Part shown: positions 1 through 14,631 of the stretch, in pieces
How the letters are laid out: each line of letters starts with the position of its first letter
Numbering within the stretch: the stretch's first letter is position 1
Assembly (NCBI GenBank): GCA_021613535.1
Contig: CP075493.1
Span: forward strand, 2,170,001 to 2,234,000
DNA length: 64,000 bases
Direction: 5' to 3'
Source of the DNA: Adineta vaga
Taxonomy: Eukaryota; Animalia; Rotifera
Program-made: the position numbers and the translations under genes
Notes under the pieces: generated by a model
Databases searched by the model: none
What the model was told of the DNA's origin: nothing
Seen by the model: only the letters and a program-made list of their open reading frames with translations

Positions 1-817
1 AATGAAAAAAAATATCATCACTTCTTTACATTGCAAAATCAAAGAAACATCAACCGAAAAACGTTTGATTAATTTGTCTCATAAAAATGGAAAGATTGGT
101 GAGACTGAATTGAGTGTACTCGAAACTCGGCCATAGATCGTTTCGACACGAGCAGTACCATCGAGTTAGGTCCACTTTTACCACAGACATTATACTTGCT
201 ATGAAATCATTCGTATTAATAGGTTGATTACAAATTGTACATGTACATCGAAAATCTTTAATTACGAATATTCTATAAGTCACTCAAGATAGAATATTTT
301 GACAGAGAGAAAGTCTCCCAAAGCTAAGAAGAAAGGATATTTTATATTAAGATATTTTATGAGAATATAAATTTTTATCCATTTTCGATCTTCTCTCATC
401 CACACTCTCAAGTTTGATTACTGTTAGTTGTAAAATGGCTTCGAGAGAAGATCACACGTTCTCGTCACTGTAAAACAAAAACGTATGTGTCTCTATCAAC
501 CTCATGATATATCCAATGTTTTTATTTTAACATGCAATTACAATTGTTCTATGACACATATTCTATATCCGCTAATCTTATTAAGTAATACAAATGAAAT
601 AAGAAAGTATAAAATCGTAATGGAAGAGAATGTCGATGAACTATATTTTTCGTTTTCTGTAAACATATACATACACATTTGATTCTTTTGTAGATCATTG
701 TTATGTTAAGTTTGCTTTAACTACAATTACATATTGAAAAAAAAGGAGTGAAGCTTATCATCTGAGATTCTTCGTATTGTACATCATAGAATATTTATAA
801 AAATATTTTTATTTTGG

Positions 818-1030
818 GCTCCAAAAAAGAAAGGTGGCAAGAAGAAAACGGGAAAGAAAGGATCGAAATGACCAGTCATCTTTGATGGCCGTCCAGCCGC
901 TGAGGTATATCAATTAATTATTGAGTTATTTCTTCTTCAACAAGAAATTCTTGTGTATCTATAGATGACAAAAGAAGAATTAGAAGATCATTTAGTTCAT
1001 ATCCGTGAAGAACTTGAGAATAATATATGA
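818..1030 (+). pseudogene. GAS8: Truncated 5' fragment of GAS8/DRC4 (nexin-dynein regulatory complex subunit)
   Basis: Two exons (818-904, 965-~1020, GT-AG intron) translate to APKKKGGKKKTGKKGSK*PVIFDGRPAAE|MTKEELEDHLVHIREELE, matching the GAS8 N-terminus (MAPKKKGKK...PIVDG...MSKEQVEEHVSRIREELD). No ATG before APKKK, in-frame TGA at 869-871, similarity ends at ~1018. Confidence 0.75.
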
Positions 1031-1525
1031 TAACTGGTTCATAGCATGAAAATATATTCATCAGATGCTGATAGAAAAATATTGAATTCCTATGAAAAGA
1101 ATGGCCACCTTATGTTAACAAAAAAAATTTTTATTGAATTAATTATTATACATTTTTTGCACGAAATCTGTGTATAGTATTCTTGTGATTGAAAGTTTTC
1201 TCAATATGATGAAAATAAATTTTTGTTATGTTTGAAGAGTCTTGAATTGCAAAAGAAAGACTAAAACCTTAATATTTAACTAGTAGAAAAAATGTAATAC
1301 AAAGTCTCATTAATATAATTCAAAACTAAAACTTGAAGAAGCATTACAAGTTATACTCATTGAAAAAATCTCGCGCATGATCTTGATGCTTTTGATTATA
1401 AATACATGAACATGTACAGAAAAACAAAGTACTTAAAGAATATGTTAAAAATAAATCGAAAAACGTGAATATTATGGAAAAAAATCGAATATATTGTCTT
1501 GATTACTTTGAATATCAAGCACAGT

Positions 1526-2408
1526 TTATGTCGTACAGTATCTAGTGGAGCAATAGCTCATTGTTGTTAGATAGTAAACAAAAAAATCACCGCAATTAGT
1601 TGCCAGAACGACGTTTACCGAATATGGTGAATAGCATAAATTTCCCGAATAATTAACACATACTGAACCAGTTGTTGTAGTACCAGCAGTTGAAGAGAGA
1701 GTACCATTAAACCAGCCTGGATAACTTGTGCCACAATTATACATACTAACAGGCGATGTGGCTAATCGAGTACCAGATGCGCCGGTAAATCGATACCATC
1801 CTGTTGATAAAGAACTATCGCAATAACAGCCACTACAACTTGTATAAGCAGCATTTCGATCAGCTTCTGATCGTGTAGTATAGGTGCTACATTGAGAAGG
1901 AAGAGTTACAGAACTTCCGCTTGATCCTGAACCTGAGGAGCTATTCGAATTTGTGCTTGCAGTATTGCAATTTCTTGCTGATTCTAAAGAAAGTTTGCAT
2001 CAGATCAAGTACGATCTGTAATGAAAACTTACTCTCCTGTATATACAATGTTGTCATTACTCCTAATGGAATACCGCTGATCGTTAAACCAACTATAGTA
2101 GCAATCAATAGTGCACCGATAAAATGTTTTTTACTAGGTCCACATATACCACTAAAGAAATTTCATCATATTATGGAATTGCCTTATTCAAAGCAGGGAT
2201 TCTTATGGTTTGTTTTCGTACTGTTATTTGGCTCGAAAGGTCGTGGTACCGTGGACTGTCTATATGATTGCATTGCTTGATTATAGTCGTTATAAGGATA
2301 GGCTTGCGATCCTCGATACGCTGAGGTGGGTATTTCATTTACTGTTGGCATTCTTTCTTTGGTTTCCCAAATACTTTTTCGTTCACTATTAGAATGATCG
2401 TGTGACAT
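1526..2408 (-). CDS. Type II membrane protein with a C-terminal UMOD/GP2/OIT3-type D8C cysteine-rich domain
   Basis: Last exon reads LPSQCSTY...DRN...CDSSLSTGWYRFTGASGTRLATSPVSMYNCGTSYPGWFNGTL...GSVCVNYSGNLC...ATNCGDFFVYYL...CSTRYCTT, the D8C signature. Middle exon encodes a hydrophobic helix (FIGALLIATIVGLTISGIPLGVMTTLYI). The first intron phase does not close cleanly (one base short), so the 5' structure is uncertain. Confidence 0.7.
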
Positions 2409-2800
2409 GCATAAAAGATAGAAATACAGTTGATTCAATGAGTTGATCAGAATACTTTATAGTACGGGATTATGTAAATAAGTTTTAGAAAAAAAAACTA
2501 TTTCTTTTCAACAAAATATGCTACTGTCTCTCTTGTTTTTGACGGTTTTCTTATATTAAATTTTGCATAAGATACAAATAATACATAATAATTGAATTTC
2601 ACTTGTTTGTTTTGTATGTGAATAGAGTTTCGAGACTAGAATGGATTCTGAAAATAAAGTTTTTTCGTGTTTATCTAATGAATACTACAATCTCGATCGA
2701 ACATGGAGAACTATTCAATATTTTTGTATAGTAACGATTTAGTGAAAATCTCGAGAACAAAAAGCGACCTCTTTCTTTTCTTGCAAAATAAATGACGGTG

Positions 2801-2813
2801 GTTTCGAAGCAAC
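2801..2813 (+). promoter_or_regulatory. RFX X-box-like element upstream of RSPH9
   Basis: GTTTCGAAGCAAC, 85 nt before the ATG of a motile-cilium gene; fits the GTY..(n)..RGYAAC X-box pattern. Confidence 0.5.
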
Positions 2814-2898
2814 GCAGTTTACATATGATTTTGTTGTACGTTTAACTGACGACGAGATCTCCATTTTTTATCATTAAATCGGTTGAATATTTGTAAAG

Positions 2899-3943
2899 AT
2901 GGGTATCGAAGCAAAAGATTTCATTCTTGATCTTGATTTACTCGCATTCAGTGGCATTGTTTTCAGTCCAGAACAACGTGCTTCTTTACAAACATCACTT
3001 GTTATTCTCAAAGAACAATATAAATTCAAGACGATTCATTTTTGGGGAAAAATCTTAGGTATTAATGATGATTATTTCATTGTTCAAGGTCGACAGAGAG
3101 ATGAACTTCGTGATCGACAATTTCTCTATAGGTAATTCTAATTGATTGATTTTCAAATGAAAGATTTATTTTTCGAAATTTAAAGCAAAGATTGTATCAA
3201 TTGGAATATGTTAAATCCAGCAAGTGATGAAGCAAAAGACTTAGTTGATTTATGTCAAGGACGTTTTACAGGTGATCCATCACATGATTTTGAAGTAACA
3301 AAATATGATATTACGGATGAAGATACCGAAGATGAAAATATCGAAGAAGTTAAAGTAAAAATTCGAGATAATTTTAATGAAAAATATTTAGTATTCATTT
3401 AGACATCGTTACGTGAAGAAGATCGATTAGCTGCTTCTCTATGGAAAATTGAACAAGATGCATTGATTATTCCACGTGGTGCATATATTCTTCAGCCAAA
3501 TGGGGATGTCGAACGAAATCGTACATTCGATGGTAAGAGAAATTTTCACATCGATTGAATTGAAAACACATTTCTCTAAATTTTCTTAGGATTAACAATT
3601 GCCGAATGTAGTAAACTATCGAATTATTTTCATTTTTGCGAACCAATTCATCTTCCCAAGAAAAGTTTAGTTCATCGAAGTGTTCTTGACAAAAGTATTC
3701 ATTTCCTTGATCCCATCAATGAAGATATTCCGAAAGGTATCTTTCTCATCGATTTTTGTTCATAATCATGTTGATGATCATCTAGGTTGGAGTGTTCAAT
3801 ATGAACGTGGTAGTGGATTAGTTCATCTTCGTAGTCTTAAATGGCCTGGTATGGCATTCTTTCATATACCAGGAACGAATCGTTATGGTTCACTCTATTG
3901 TGGTATTGGTGAAGAAAACAAAGATTTAGCTTTTATGCTTTAA
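2899..3943 (+). CDS. RSPH9: Radial spoke head protein 9 (5 exons)
   Basis: LSPEQRASLQTSL-like N-terminus, FWGKILG...YFIVQG, GRFTGDPSHDFE, REEDRLAA, IIPRGAY, WSVQYERGSGLVHLRSLKWPGMAFFH...YCGIGEENKDLAFML C-terminus. Confidence 0.95.
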
Positions 3944-4866
3944 ATAAAATTTTAAAAAAAAGACACATTTTTTAAAAAAAACGTTTTCTTCTGTAAAATC
4001 ACTATTTTAATTAAAGAAAATATAAACTTTTGTGCTGTATTTTCACTCATAACAATGGTGATTCATTACATTATGTCTTATGGTTTCATAAAACAAAGTC
4101 AATATCTTTACTCAATATAAATCTTGCATATGTTAATTTTATTTAATTAGTTTAGAAAACATTTCGATGATGATTGAATCCTTGTAATATAATAAATATT
4201 TTCGTTAGTATGCTTTCCGGTTATTTTCTTCAATGAATGAATAATAAAGGCACATTTTTCATCTTTTCGTTCTTTTGAATAACGACGAAAAGAATTTCAT
4301 CATACTTCAGGCAACAAATCCATTCATTCACATTGATGTTTTATAAAGAAGAAGAAGAAGAAGAGAACTTTTGATTGATTTTAATTTCTTTACTTATGAG
4401 TAACAAGAGCAGAATGTATTCATATTTGATTTTAATATTAAAATCAACGAATTAAATTAATGATGTCTATACGATTCAATTGATTATTCTGGATATTTAG
4501 AAGATGAAAGTATAGAAAAAGAAAACTTTCGATAAAGAATATTTACTCAAGTGTTACTTTTTATCGATTTTTTTTCCTTTCATCAAACTTCGTTTTTCAA
4601 GTATCTTATATAAACATATTCATAAATTTATTCCAATTCTTTCGTTTCATATCGAACGGAATTTTTTTTTTACTCCTCAAAAATTTTATCATTGTGATCA
4701 ATGAAGACGAAAAACTGAGGTACAATTATTTACGGTATGAAAACTAGAAGTAGAATGAAATGATTATGATTTATCTTTCTTTTATTTCAAGAAAAAAGAG
4801 AGTCGTAAAACGGAACAGTCAGGAAATGGTGAACGACAAATTACAAATTATAATTCATCTGGTTCA

Positions 4867-7609
4867 ATGCCAAGACGTTATCGAAGTGTATTCAATAGAG
4901 AGACAATATTTGGTATTAAAACTGATGAACATCATTCACGTTCACATTCTGTAGGTAAACTTTAGTCTCTAATACTTAGTATTATTCATTTCGAATGGAT
5001 ATTTAGCCTGGCAATCATATTGAATCACAAGTTCATCAACGACCATTCAAACCTGTTCGAGAATTTCTCACAACTCAACCACTACTAGTCAATCAAGAAG
5101 GGTAAGTAGTGCTTCTTCATTTTTCTTTTCTCTTTTAAAATTTCATATTTGTAGAGACAATCAACGACGTTCATCACCTCGTGTAAACTTTTGACAATGA
5201 CCTTTGATGCATTTAGTGTGTATATTTATTTTCAGATCAATGGTTTCACTCGTTCACAAACAGAAGCAACAATACAAAATGTAAATATTGCCTTAACACA
5301 AACAGCAAATAAACTTCGTCAAGAACCATTCAATTCAGGTATACCTATTACTCGTTCATTACCAACACTTACTGAACCATTCTCTACTCGACCTATGACT
5401 GTTCGTTCAACAAAGTATCAAAATACTGGTACGACAACATCAATAAATTATGATCATCAAACATCTAATGAAACGAAAAAACCTCTACCAATTGAACTTA
5501 CAATGAAACGATCAACGAACTTCTTTACATCACCTAGTAATTCACAAGATCGAATAGCAACTGGACCTGGTCCACTTATTGTTCAACGATCAACTGCAAT
5601 GGCAACAAATGAACATACTAATGCTCGTATACCAACACCATTACGTGCTTTGCCACATAATCTTGAATTAGATAATGAACCAGTTAATTTTGGTAAAGCA
5701 GTACTCGATGATTATCCCAAGAAAACCAAAGTAGAACAAAATGCATTTATAATATATTGTATAATTCATCGGATTTATTCCTTAGACTAACAAAACTGAA
5801 ACAAACCACCCAAAAGTGAAATCTCGTAAGCAATCACCTACTCAACATGCATCATCCATTGATAAACATCATCGTGCATTACCCGAAGTCAGTGTTCATC
5901 CACAATTTCAAAGTTCTGTTCAAGAAAATCTTCATCATTTACCAACTATACATGGTATATCTTACAATAGATAGATATAGAACAAGAATTTACTAGAAAC
6001 TTTCTATCTCTAGACGAAATTCATACGAATCATCGTCGTACACAAATCGACACGAATGATAATACAAAGCGAATATCCTCATCATCACGGAAATCTTTAC
6101 AGATCATCGATGTACAACCAAATGTAACTATGGAGCATCAACCATCAAATTCGCCGCCACCAACACCTCGTCGATTAATAACGAGAAAGAATTCTTTCAA
6201 TGAAATACATCTTGAACGAAATCATATTCATGAACAAGGATTAACGAATAGTACATCCACATTGAAACAAGAAGATACGAGCAATGGACAAAATCTATTA
6301 GTACCCCCATCATCACCAGCAAGTAGAGATTTGAATAACCATAATGACAATCCATTTCGAATGAATTCAGAAATACTAGTCAATCGGAGAAATAGCAAAC
6401 ATCATCGGCCTTCAACTCGACTTAAGAATTATGATGATGAATCGGAATCGGAGTTGACTGTTACAGAAACTCAAAGTAAAGATGATTGTAAGCATAAATT
6501 CGAAATTCGATAGATTTTTTTTTTGAAAAAACCTTTTATTGTTTAGATCAAATTCATCGGCATGATCAGATGACAAGTGATGTTGTCAGCGATGTTTGGT
6601 CTGATTTAACCAGTGAATTCAGTACTACTAAACTGCGTAAACATCCACATATTCGTACATCAACACCTAATCTAACTCAACGCAGTTCCAGTTTCAGTTC
6701 TAAAGAAATTGTACAATTACGAAAACAATTGAACAGTTCGTTTAAACAGAATATCATTGAAATAATTTCTTCCTATATATTTCAGATCTACAAATAATGT
6801 ACGACGATTTATTCAGATTATTAGATAATGATACTGAAACTGCCAAAGTTAATCATATAAAAACAAATATATCTTCTCAACCTGAACCTAATGAACGAAA
6901 ACATCGATTTCGAAAAATGCTTTCTATACATCAAACTTCCTCGGACATGAAGTAATAATTCAATAACGAACTTCGATTTGTGATCACATTAACATCTACG
7001 TATTATTTTTTTCAGAGAAATCAATCAACGTTTTACTCGACTTGAATCATCAATAGTAACTCTTGCTGAATCGATAGCAAAATTATCTGCACAAGTACAA
7101 AGTCAACGTTCTGTCAAAAATGAAGTTGCTCATCTTCGTGAAGAAGTAGCTGAACTTCGACAACAAATTTCTCAACCATCGTCTCGTTTATTATCAGCAA
7201 ATGTTCAACGTCTTGCTACAACAAATAGTACCAATCCAATCAATATGACTTCATCAACCAATCAACGTTCAACCGCCGTTCTTGATCCACGACAAGCACG
7301 AAAAATTGAACAGTAAAAATATATTTTTGTGTGAATTGGATTTGACTTTATCTTGTACAAATGGATTGTTCGTTTAGATTCTTTGGCACAGAAGCAATGC
7401 TTCATTATTTTCTTAGTTTATTAAATTATCCAGAATATATTTACATATTTGAAAAAGAAAAAATTGGTTTTTGTGAATTAGCATTTTTGGATGAAAGAAA
7501 ATTACAAAGTCTTGGCATTCCACATGGACCATCCATACGAATTATCTATGAAGCACAACAATATTTTATTTCATTATTAACATTAAAATCCAATGAAACT
7601 GATGTATAA
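4867..7609 (+). CDS. Uncharacterised Ser/Thr/Pro-rich disordered protein with coiled coil and C-terminal SAM domain (multi-exon)
   Basis: Series of in-phase short exons; coiled coil FTRLESSIVTLAESIAKLSAQVQ...EEVAELRQQI; last exon FLSLLNYPEYIYIFEKEKIGFCELAFLDERKLQSLGIPHGPSIRI is SAM-like. Start codon uncertain. Confidence 0.7.
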
Positions 7610-8429
7610 AGGATCATAGTGAAATAAGATTCATGAATATATATTTTCTTATGTAAACGTGTGATCCTAAACAAAGATGTAATCTTAACGAAATCGTTTG
7701 AGAGTATTGTTGTCAATAAATTTTACTGAACAAACAAAGCAGAAAAAAAGAAGACATAACAAACTCGTTTGATTTACAAGATAGGCGAACGGACAATAGT
7801 TTCCTACACTCTGAAGATCTATGTGTGATGGCGACCTCTTCAAAATCATCGCTTCCATTAGCGTTTTCTTTCATTCTTATTCCCCCTCTCTCTGAAGCCT
7901 ATAATACTAACTGCATGACAAACTATTCTTTGTCTTCTTCTTCGATAAACATAAAATAAAACGTACTTTTCAATTTCATCAGTCAATCAGTTTATTTTTT
8001 GTTACGAATAGAAGCATATATATATATAGACATGTTTCAATTCTGATTCAGCCGGCAATCGATTTCTATTCGTTTTTTGTTTACAATATATTAAGATCAT
8101 TAGATGCAAGCATACACATAGAATTTGATATAACAATTTATCTTTTTTACTCGTTTACCTTTTATGTTTCTGAGGATTTTTAGAAATCTTGTTTCTGTTA
8201 CACGTAAGTCAGGTTTGAATGAATAATTTAGAGAGGGAAGATTCGCTTCGATCCAAGGGGTATATCTTTTTTTCTTCTGTTCTGCAATATCTTGTCGCTT
8301 TCCATTCGATGATCGTAAATATTGTTTACATAGAACTCAAGAACGAAGTCGATGTACCCAAAACAGCAAGAAGATATATATATATATATGAATTTTCTTA
8401 CTTTTAGATTTTATTTATTTAATTAGAGA

Positions 8430-10673
<2,244 letters not shown>

Positions 10674-11129
10674 TTTTAAGTCGTTTCTTTTAGTCTACGT
10701 TTATATAACCTTGCCGTCGTTTGCATAGTCTTTTGATTAGAAATCCTTTGGTTAGAACGAACAACAGATTTATTCCTGCAGAATGATTTTATGAATAAAT
10801 ATGTGTTTAAAAGAAAAGCGTATAACGCTTGGTATATAAGTTCACTCTAATTTATGAGAGGAAATGAAACGACTTGACTTGCTATTTTATCATGAAAGCA
10901 ATACTAATATTTGTTTCAAGTGCCGTCTATTTATTGCCTTCATATAGTTAAATTTGTTTTAATTGTGTTGCAGTATCCATAAATATTCTTCATCAAATGA
11001 ATAAGTATGTTTCATCATGCATTATTTTTCATCGTTATTGTGCAATAACTATTGCATGAGAAAAATATTTCTTGTTTTTATATATAAATATAAAATGTCT
11101 ACAAAACAGAAAGAAAAAAATAAAACATC

Positions 11130-12145
11130 ATGGGTGGTAATGCGCTGAAAAAAGTGGTGACTCGTCGTTATGCTCTAGATGAATATTTGAAATTAAAAGA
11201 ACGTATATTAAATAAAATTCGTGAACATATCAATCAATGTGATGTTCCAAGAGAATTTCCATGTAAAGAATCATTTGGTGATTTAGATGTTCTCATGGTA
11301 TGTCCGTCATCGATAAAAATTCGTCAATTATTTGAAGAATTATTTCATCCAACAGAAATTGTTCATAATGGTGATGTTTATTCATTCGATGTTGAACAAT
11401 TTCAAATCGATTTTATTCTTGTTCCACAAGAACAATTCGATAATGCCATTGTCTACTTCTCGTATTCAGATCTTGGTGGTTTAATAGGAAATATTTGTCA
11501 TAAAATTGGACTAAAATATGGTATTCAAGGTCTATGGATGAATGTACATACAAAAGAATTTGATCCAACGACGACATCGACTAAACTTACATTATCGACC
11601 AATGTTCAAGAGATCTTTGCCTTTCTGGGTTATGATTATGAACGATATATGAAAGGTTTTGAAAATGATAAAGAATTTTTTCAATGGATTATTGAAGGTA
11701 AATATTTTCGTCGTTATTATTTCAATGATGATCAACTTAATCATGCACATCGACAACGAACATCAAAACGTCCTATCTATATTAAATTTGTTGCATTTTT
11801 AAATGAACAAGAAATTCCACAAGATATATCATCTGATGATCGAGAGGAATTTCATCTTCATATTCGTCAACAAGCATTGATCTTCTTCGATAAACAACAA
11901 GCCTATGAACAAGGATTGAATGCTAGACAGGGTAAGAACAATTTCGTGAGAAATATAGTGGAAAATATTTCACTGATATTGATGATCAAAAACAAATGAT
12001 TCGTGTTTATATGGAAAATTTCGAAAGACGATTTGGTCGAACAGATGAAGAATTTCATCAATGGGTACTGGATACTGATGTAGAAATTATTAAATCAGAA
12101 ATAGAAAAATACAAACAAGAATTGAAAAAAGATCGATCTTCTTAA
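11130..12145 (+). CDS. Intronless Pol beta/Pol X-fold nucleotidyltransferase-like protein ('MGGNA' type); horizontal-transfer candidate; one frame break near 11933
   Basis: KESFGDLDVL (G-DxD) and FQIDFI (third Asp), then AIVYFSYS...HKIGLKYGIQGL...QEIFAFLGYDY. The -1 frame opens at 11936 and continues EQFREKYSGKYF...KKDRSS* to 12145. TATA-like TATATAAATATAAAA ~40 nt upstream. Confidence 0.7.
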
Positions 12146-12967
12146 CTGACCCTATTTTTGTTTTTTTGTGAAATAAAATTGAATGAAACTTACAATCCAT
12201 TCTAGAGTTGTTTATTTTGTTGTGACCTTGAAAGAATCTGATGTGGAAATGATTAGCTTCAAGGTATTTTCTGTAATTTCATAGAAACAGCATTTCGGAT
12301 CGGAAGAATTTTGCTTTTTGTTCTGACATTTTCTGATCGCAGAGTGTCGGAAACAGTGCTTTTCTCTAGACTTCCGAACCTTTTCCGTAGATCAAAATCA
12401 TTATTCAGAGTTATTTATGTGAGAACGAATAATCGACTATCTTTATCTATAAATTAAAATCATCGTCAACACTGATTGCAGTAAGGACACGTTGTTTCGT
12501 TCTGTCATTCTTTTATTAAGTAATAGTAGGAATAATCTATTTGAAGAAGGAAATGGTTTGTATTGCTCATCAAAATATAATCTTCAATAATTCGATACCA
12601 TTCATCTTATATCTCATTTATTTTTATTCATGATTGAATACATTTGGTAGAAACCAATAACGACTATCGTCGTGTGTCAACCAAATTAATTCGAATACGT
12701 CTCTACTATCACAAATCATTTTTCTGTAGGAATAACTAAATAAATGATTCAAGATGTACATAATACATTTATTTGAAGAAACTATTCTTCTGTATTAAAT
12801 AAATAAATCAATCATTCTAATTTCATTACAAAACAACAACGAAAGCACTGTAATAGATTTTGACTACGAAATATAAGCATAAATAATTTGACTGCAGACG
12901 AACAACATTGAGAAAATCTTTGGTGTGTTCTATTTCCTATCTGGTTAAATGCATTCTAATAAGAAAA

Positions 12968-14308
12968 TTATGGTTCAAGTTTTGGGCATTCAGGATGAAG
13001 AAAATTTCGTGGATGGATCATTCCATTTTGTCTGATAATCCATTCATTAGATAAATAATCGATGACGTCTTTGATCTGTTCCTGACGAATGTCACCATCA
13101 AGTTCAGCTAAATATCGATAGAATTTCTTCCATTGTTCAAATGGTATACGAGCATTAGCACCCGGTGGATCGCTCGTTAACAACTCGCAGATCTTAATTA
13201 ATGTATCGGTTAAATTCTATGACAAAGAAAAACGTTTTGTCTTGAACATATCTCAAACAAAGATAATTGTCTTACTTTAGATATTTTCGTCATTGCTACC
13301 ACCAGAAAATGATCCCATTGTACGTCACCATTGAATGTACCGATTTGTACGATATCATCAAATTGTTCTCGTGGTATATTTAAATCATCGTATTTATCCT
13401 GAATCTCTTTTAATGATATCGTACCTCGTGAAGAAAACTAAACAAAATCAAACAATAGTTATGATTCTACAAAACTTCAAATAAAACATTGGATTCCATT
13501 CATAAGGAACTAATCGAGTATTTTCTTCAGTAGGAATTTCATGTCACGAACGTTTGTTTTTCTAAACTTATTCCTCGTGCTATTCTTTAATTAAGACATG
13601 CAAATTTCTTCGACTGATTGCTTCTAATAATATACAACATGTTATTATGTAACCAATGAATCCATCGATAGTGTAATATTATAAAGAATTTCATACCTAA
13701 ATAATTTTATTTTCTCATTCGATTACAAAGAAAACCTACCTCACAATCATTTCATCTTCTCTAAGTAACAGTAGACATTATAATTAATGTACTTTCATCA
13801 CACTATATAATCATACACGACTCTTTATTTTAACCTATACGAAATTCTCTTTCGATTATTCTTAAACAATATTTATTACAAACGATAACATCATAACTTT
13901 CATTTTATAAATGAAATTTATAGAAAACATCAAAAGTTACCTGTCTATGTAATATTTTCAATAAACCCATCGTTAAACCTGTATCAATTTTTTGTGTAGA
14001 AACGGGCATTTCCATACCTGAATGTTTTCAATATAAAATAGAACAACGAGAAAGGTATTTTCTTACGATCTTTAACTGGTGGTATTTGACCACTTGCTAA
14101 TGCTCGAAAATATCTATTATTATTATTGAACATGAAAAAAACTCGTATAAATATTAAATAGATATGAGAAGACTTACGCAGCACTCCATGCTACTATGTC
14201 TGTGGGTTGTGTTCGTATTGCTGCTTTAGAAAATTGAAGTAAGATATCAGGAAATTCGGATGGAATACAAATTTGTTCGCTTGTATAATATGGTTCGTTT
14301 GTCGCCAT
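12968..14308 (-). CDS. ROPN1L: Ropporin-1-like protein (radial spoke RIIa-domain protein)
   Basis: Exon 1 MATNEPYYTSEQICIPSEFPDILLQFSKAAIRTQPTDIVAWSAA (RIIa D/D domain), then YFRALASGQIPPVKDRMEMP...DTGLTMGLLKILHRQ; C-terminus ICELLTSDPPGANARIPF...QNGMIHPRNFLHPECPKL. Confidence 0.93.
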
Positions 14309-14631
14309 ATTTGTGCACAAGAATGAATGAACACTTGCGGTCGTTCTATATTTGATGTAAACATGTCAATACGATACTCAACCATTGATATTAACTTATA
14401 TTTAATATGTGTTAATTTTCAGTTTATTGAATAAAACAAATTTATTTCATATACTTTTTTGATATTTAAAATAAAAATTCGAAGAAAAAGAATAGCTAAT
14501 TTAATATTTACATCGAATGTGGCGCATCCTGAACATCATTGGTTCGTATCATTTTGAGGCTCGAAACAAAGACAAACTCAATCAAATCAATCGTTCTCTC
14601 TCTCTCTCTTTATTAAATCATAGATATAAAG

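Noticed and set aside
50-283. 77-aa minus-strand ORF with CxC/CxxC
   Set aside because: GTG start, no recognisable domain and stops in the other frames; may be a decayed exon but cannot be supported.
3737-3785. RSPH9 intron starting GTATCTTT, resembling a U12 donor
   Set aside because: Lacks the CC of RTATCCTT and has no CCTTAAC branch point; length is typical of local U2 introns.
8219-8407. Possible upstream coding exons for a longer UGP2 isoform
   Set aside because: Could not find splice phases that join them in frame to ATG 8430.
12285-12390. GC-richer patch with partial inverted similarity (GGATCGGAAG / CTTCCGAACC)
   Set aside because: Too short and imperfect to call a MITE without copy-number data.
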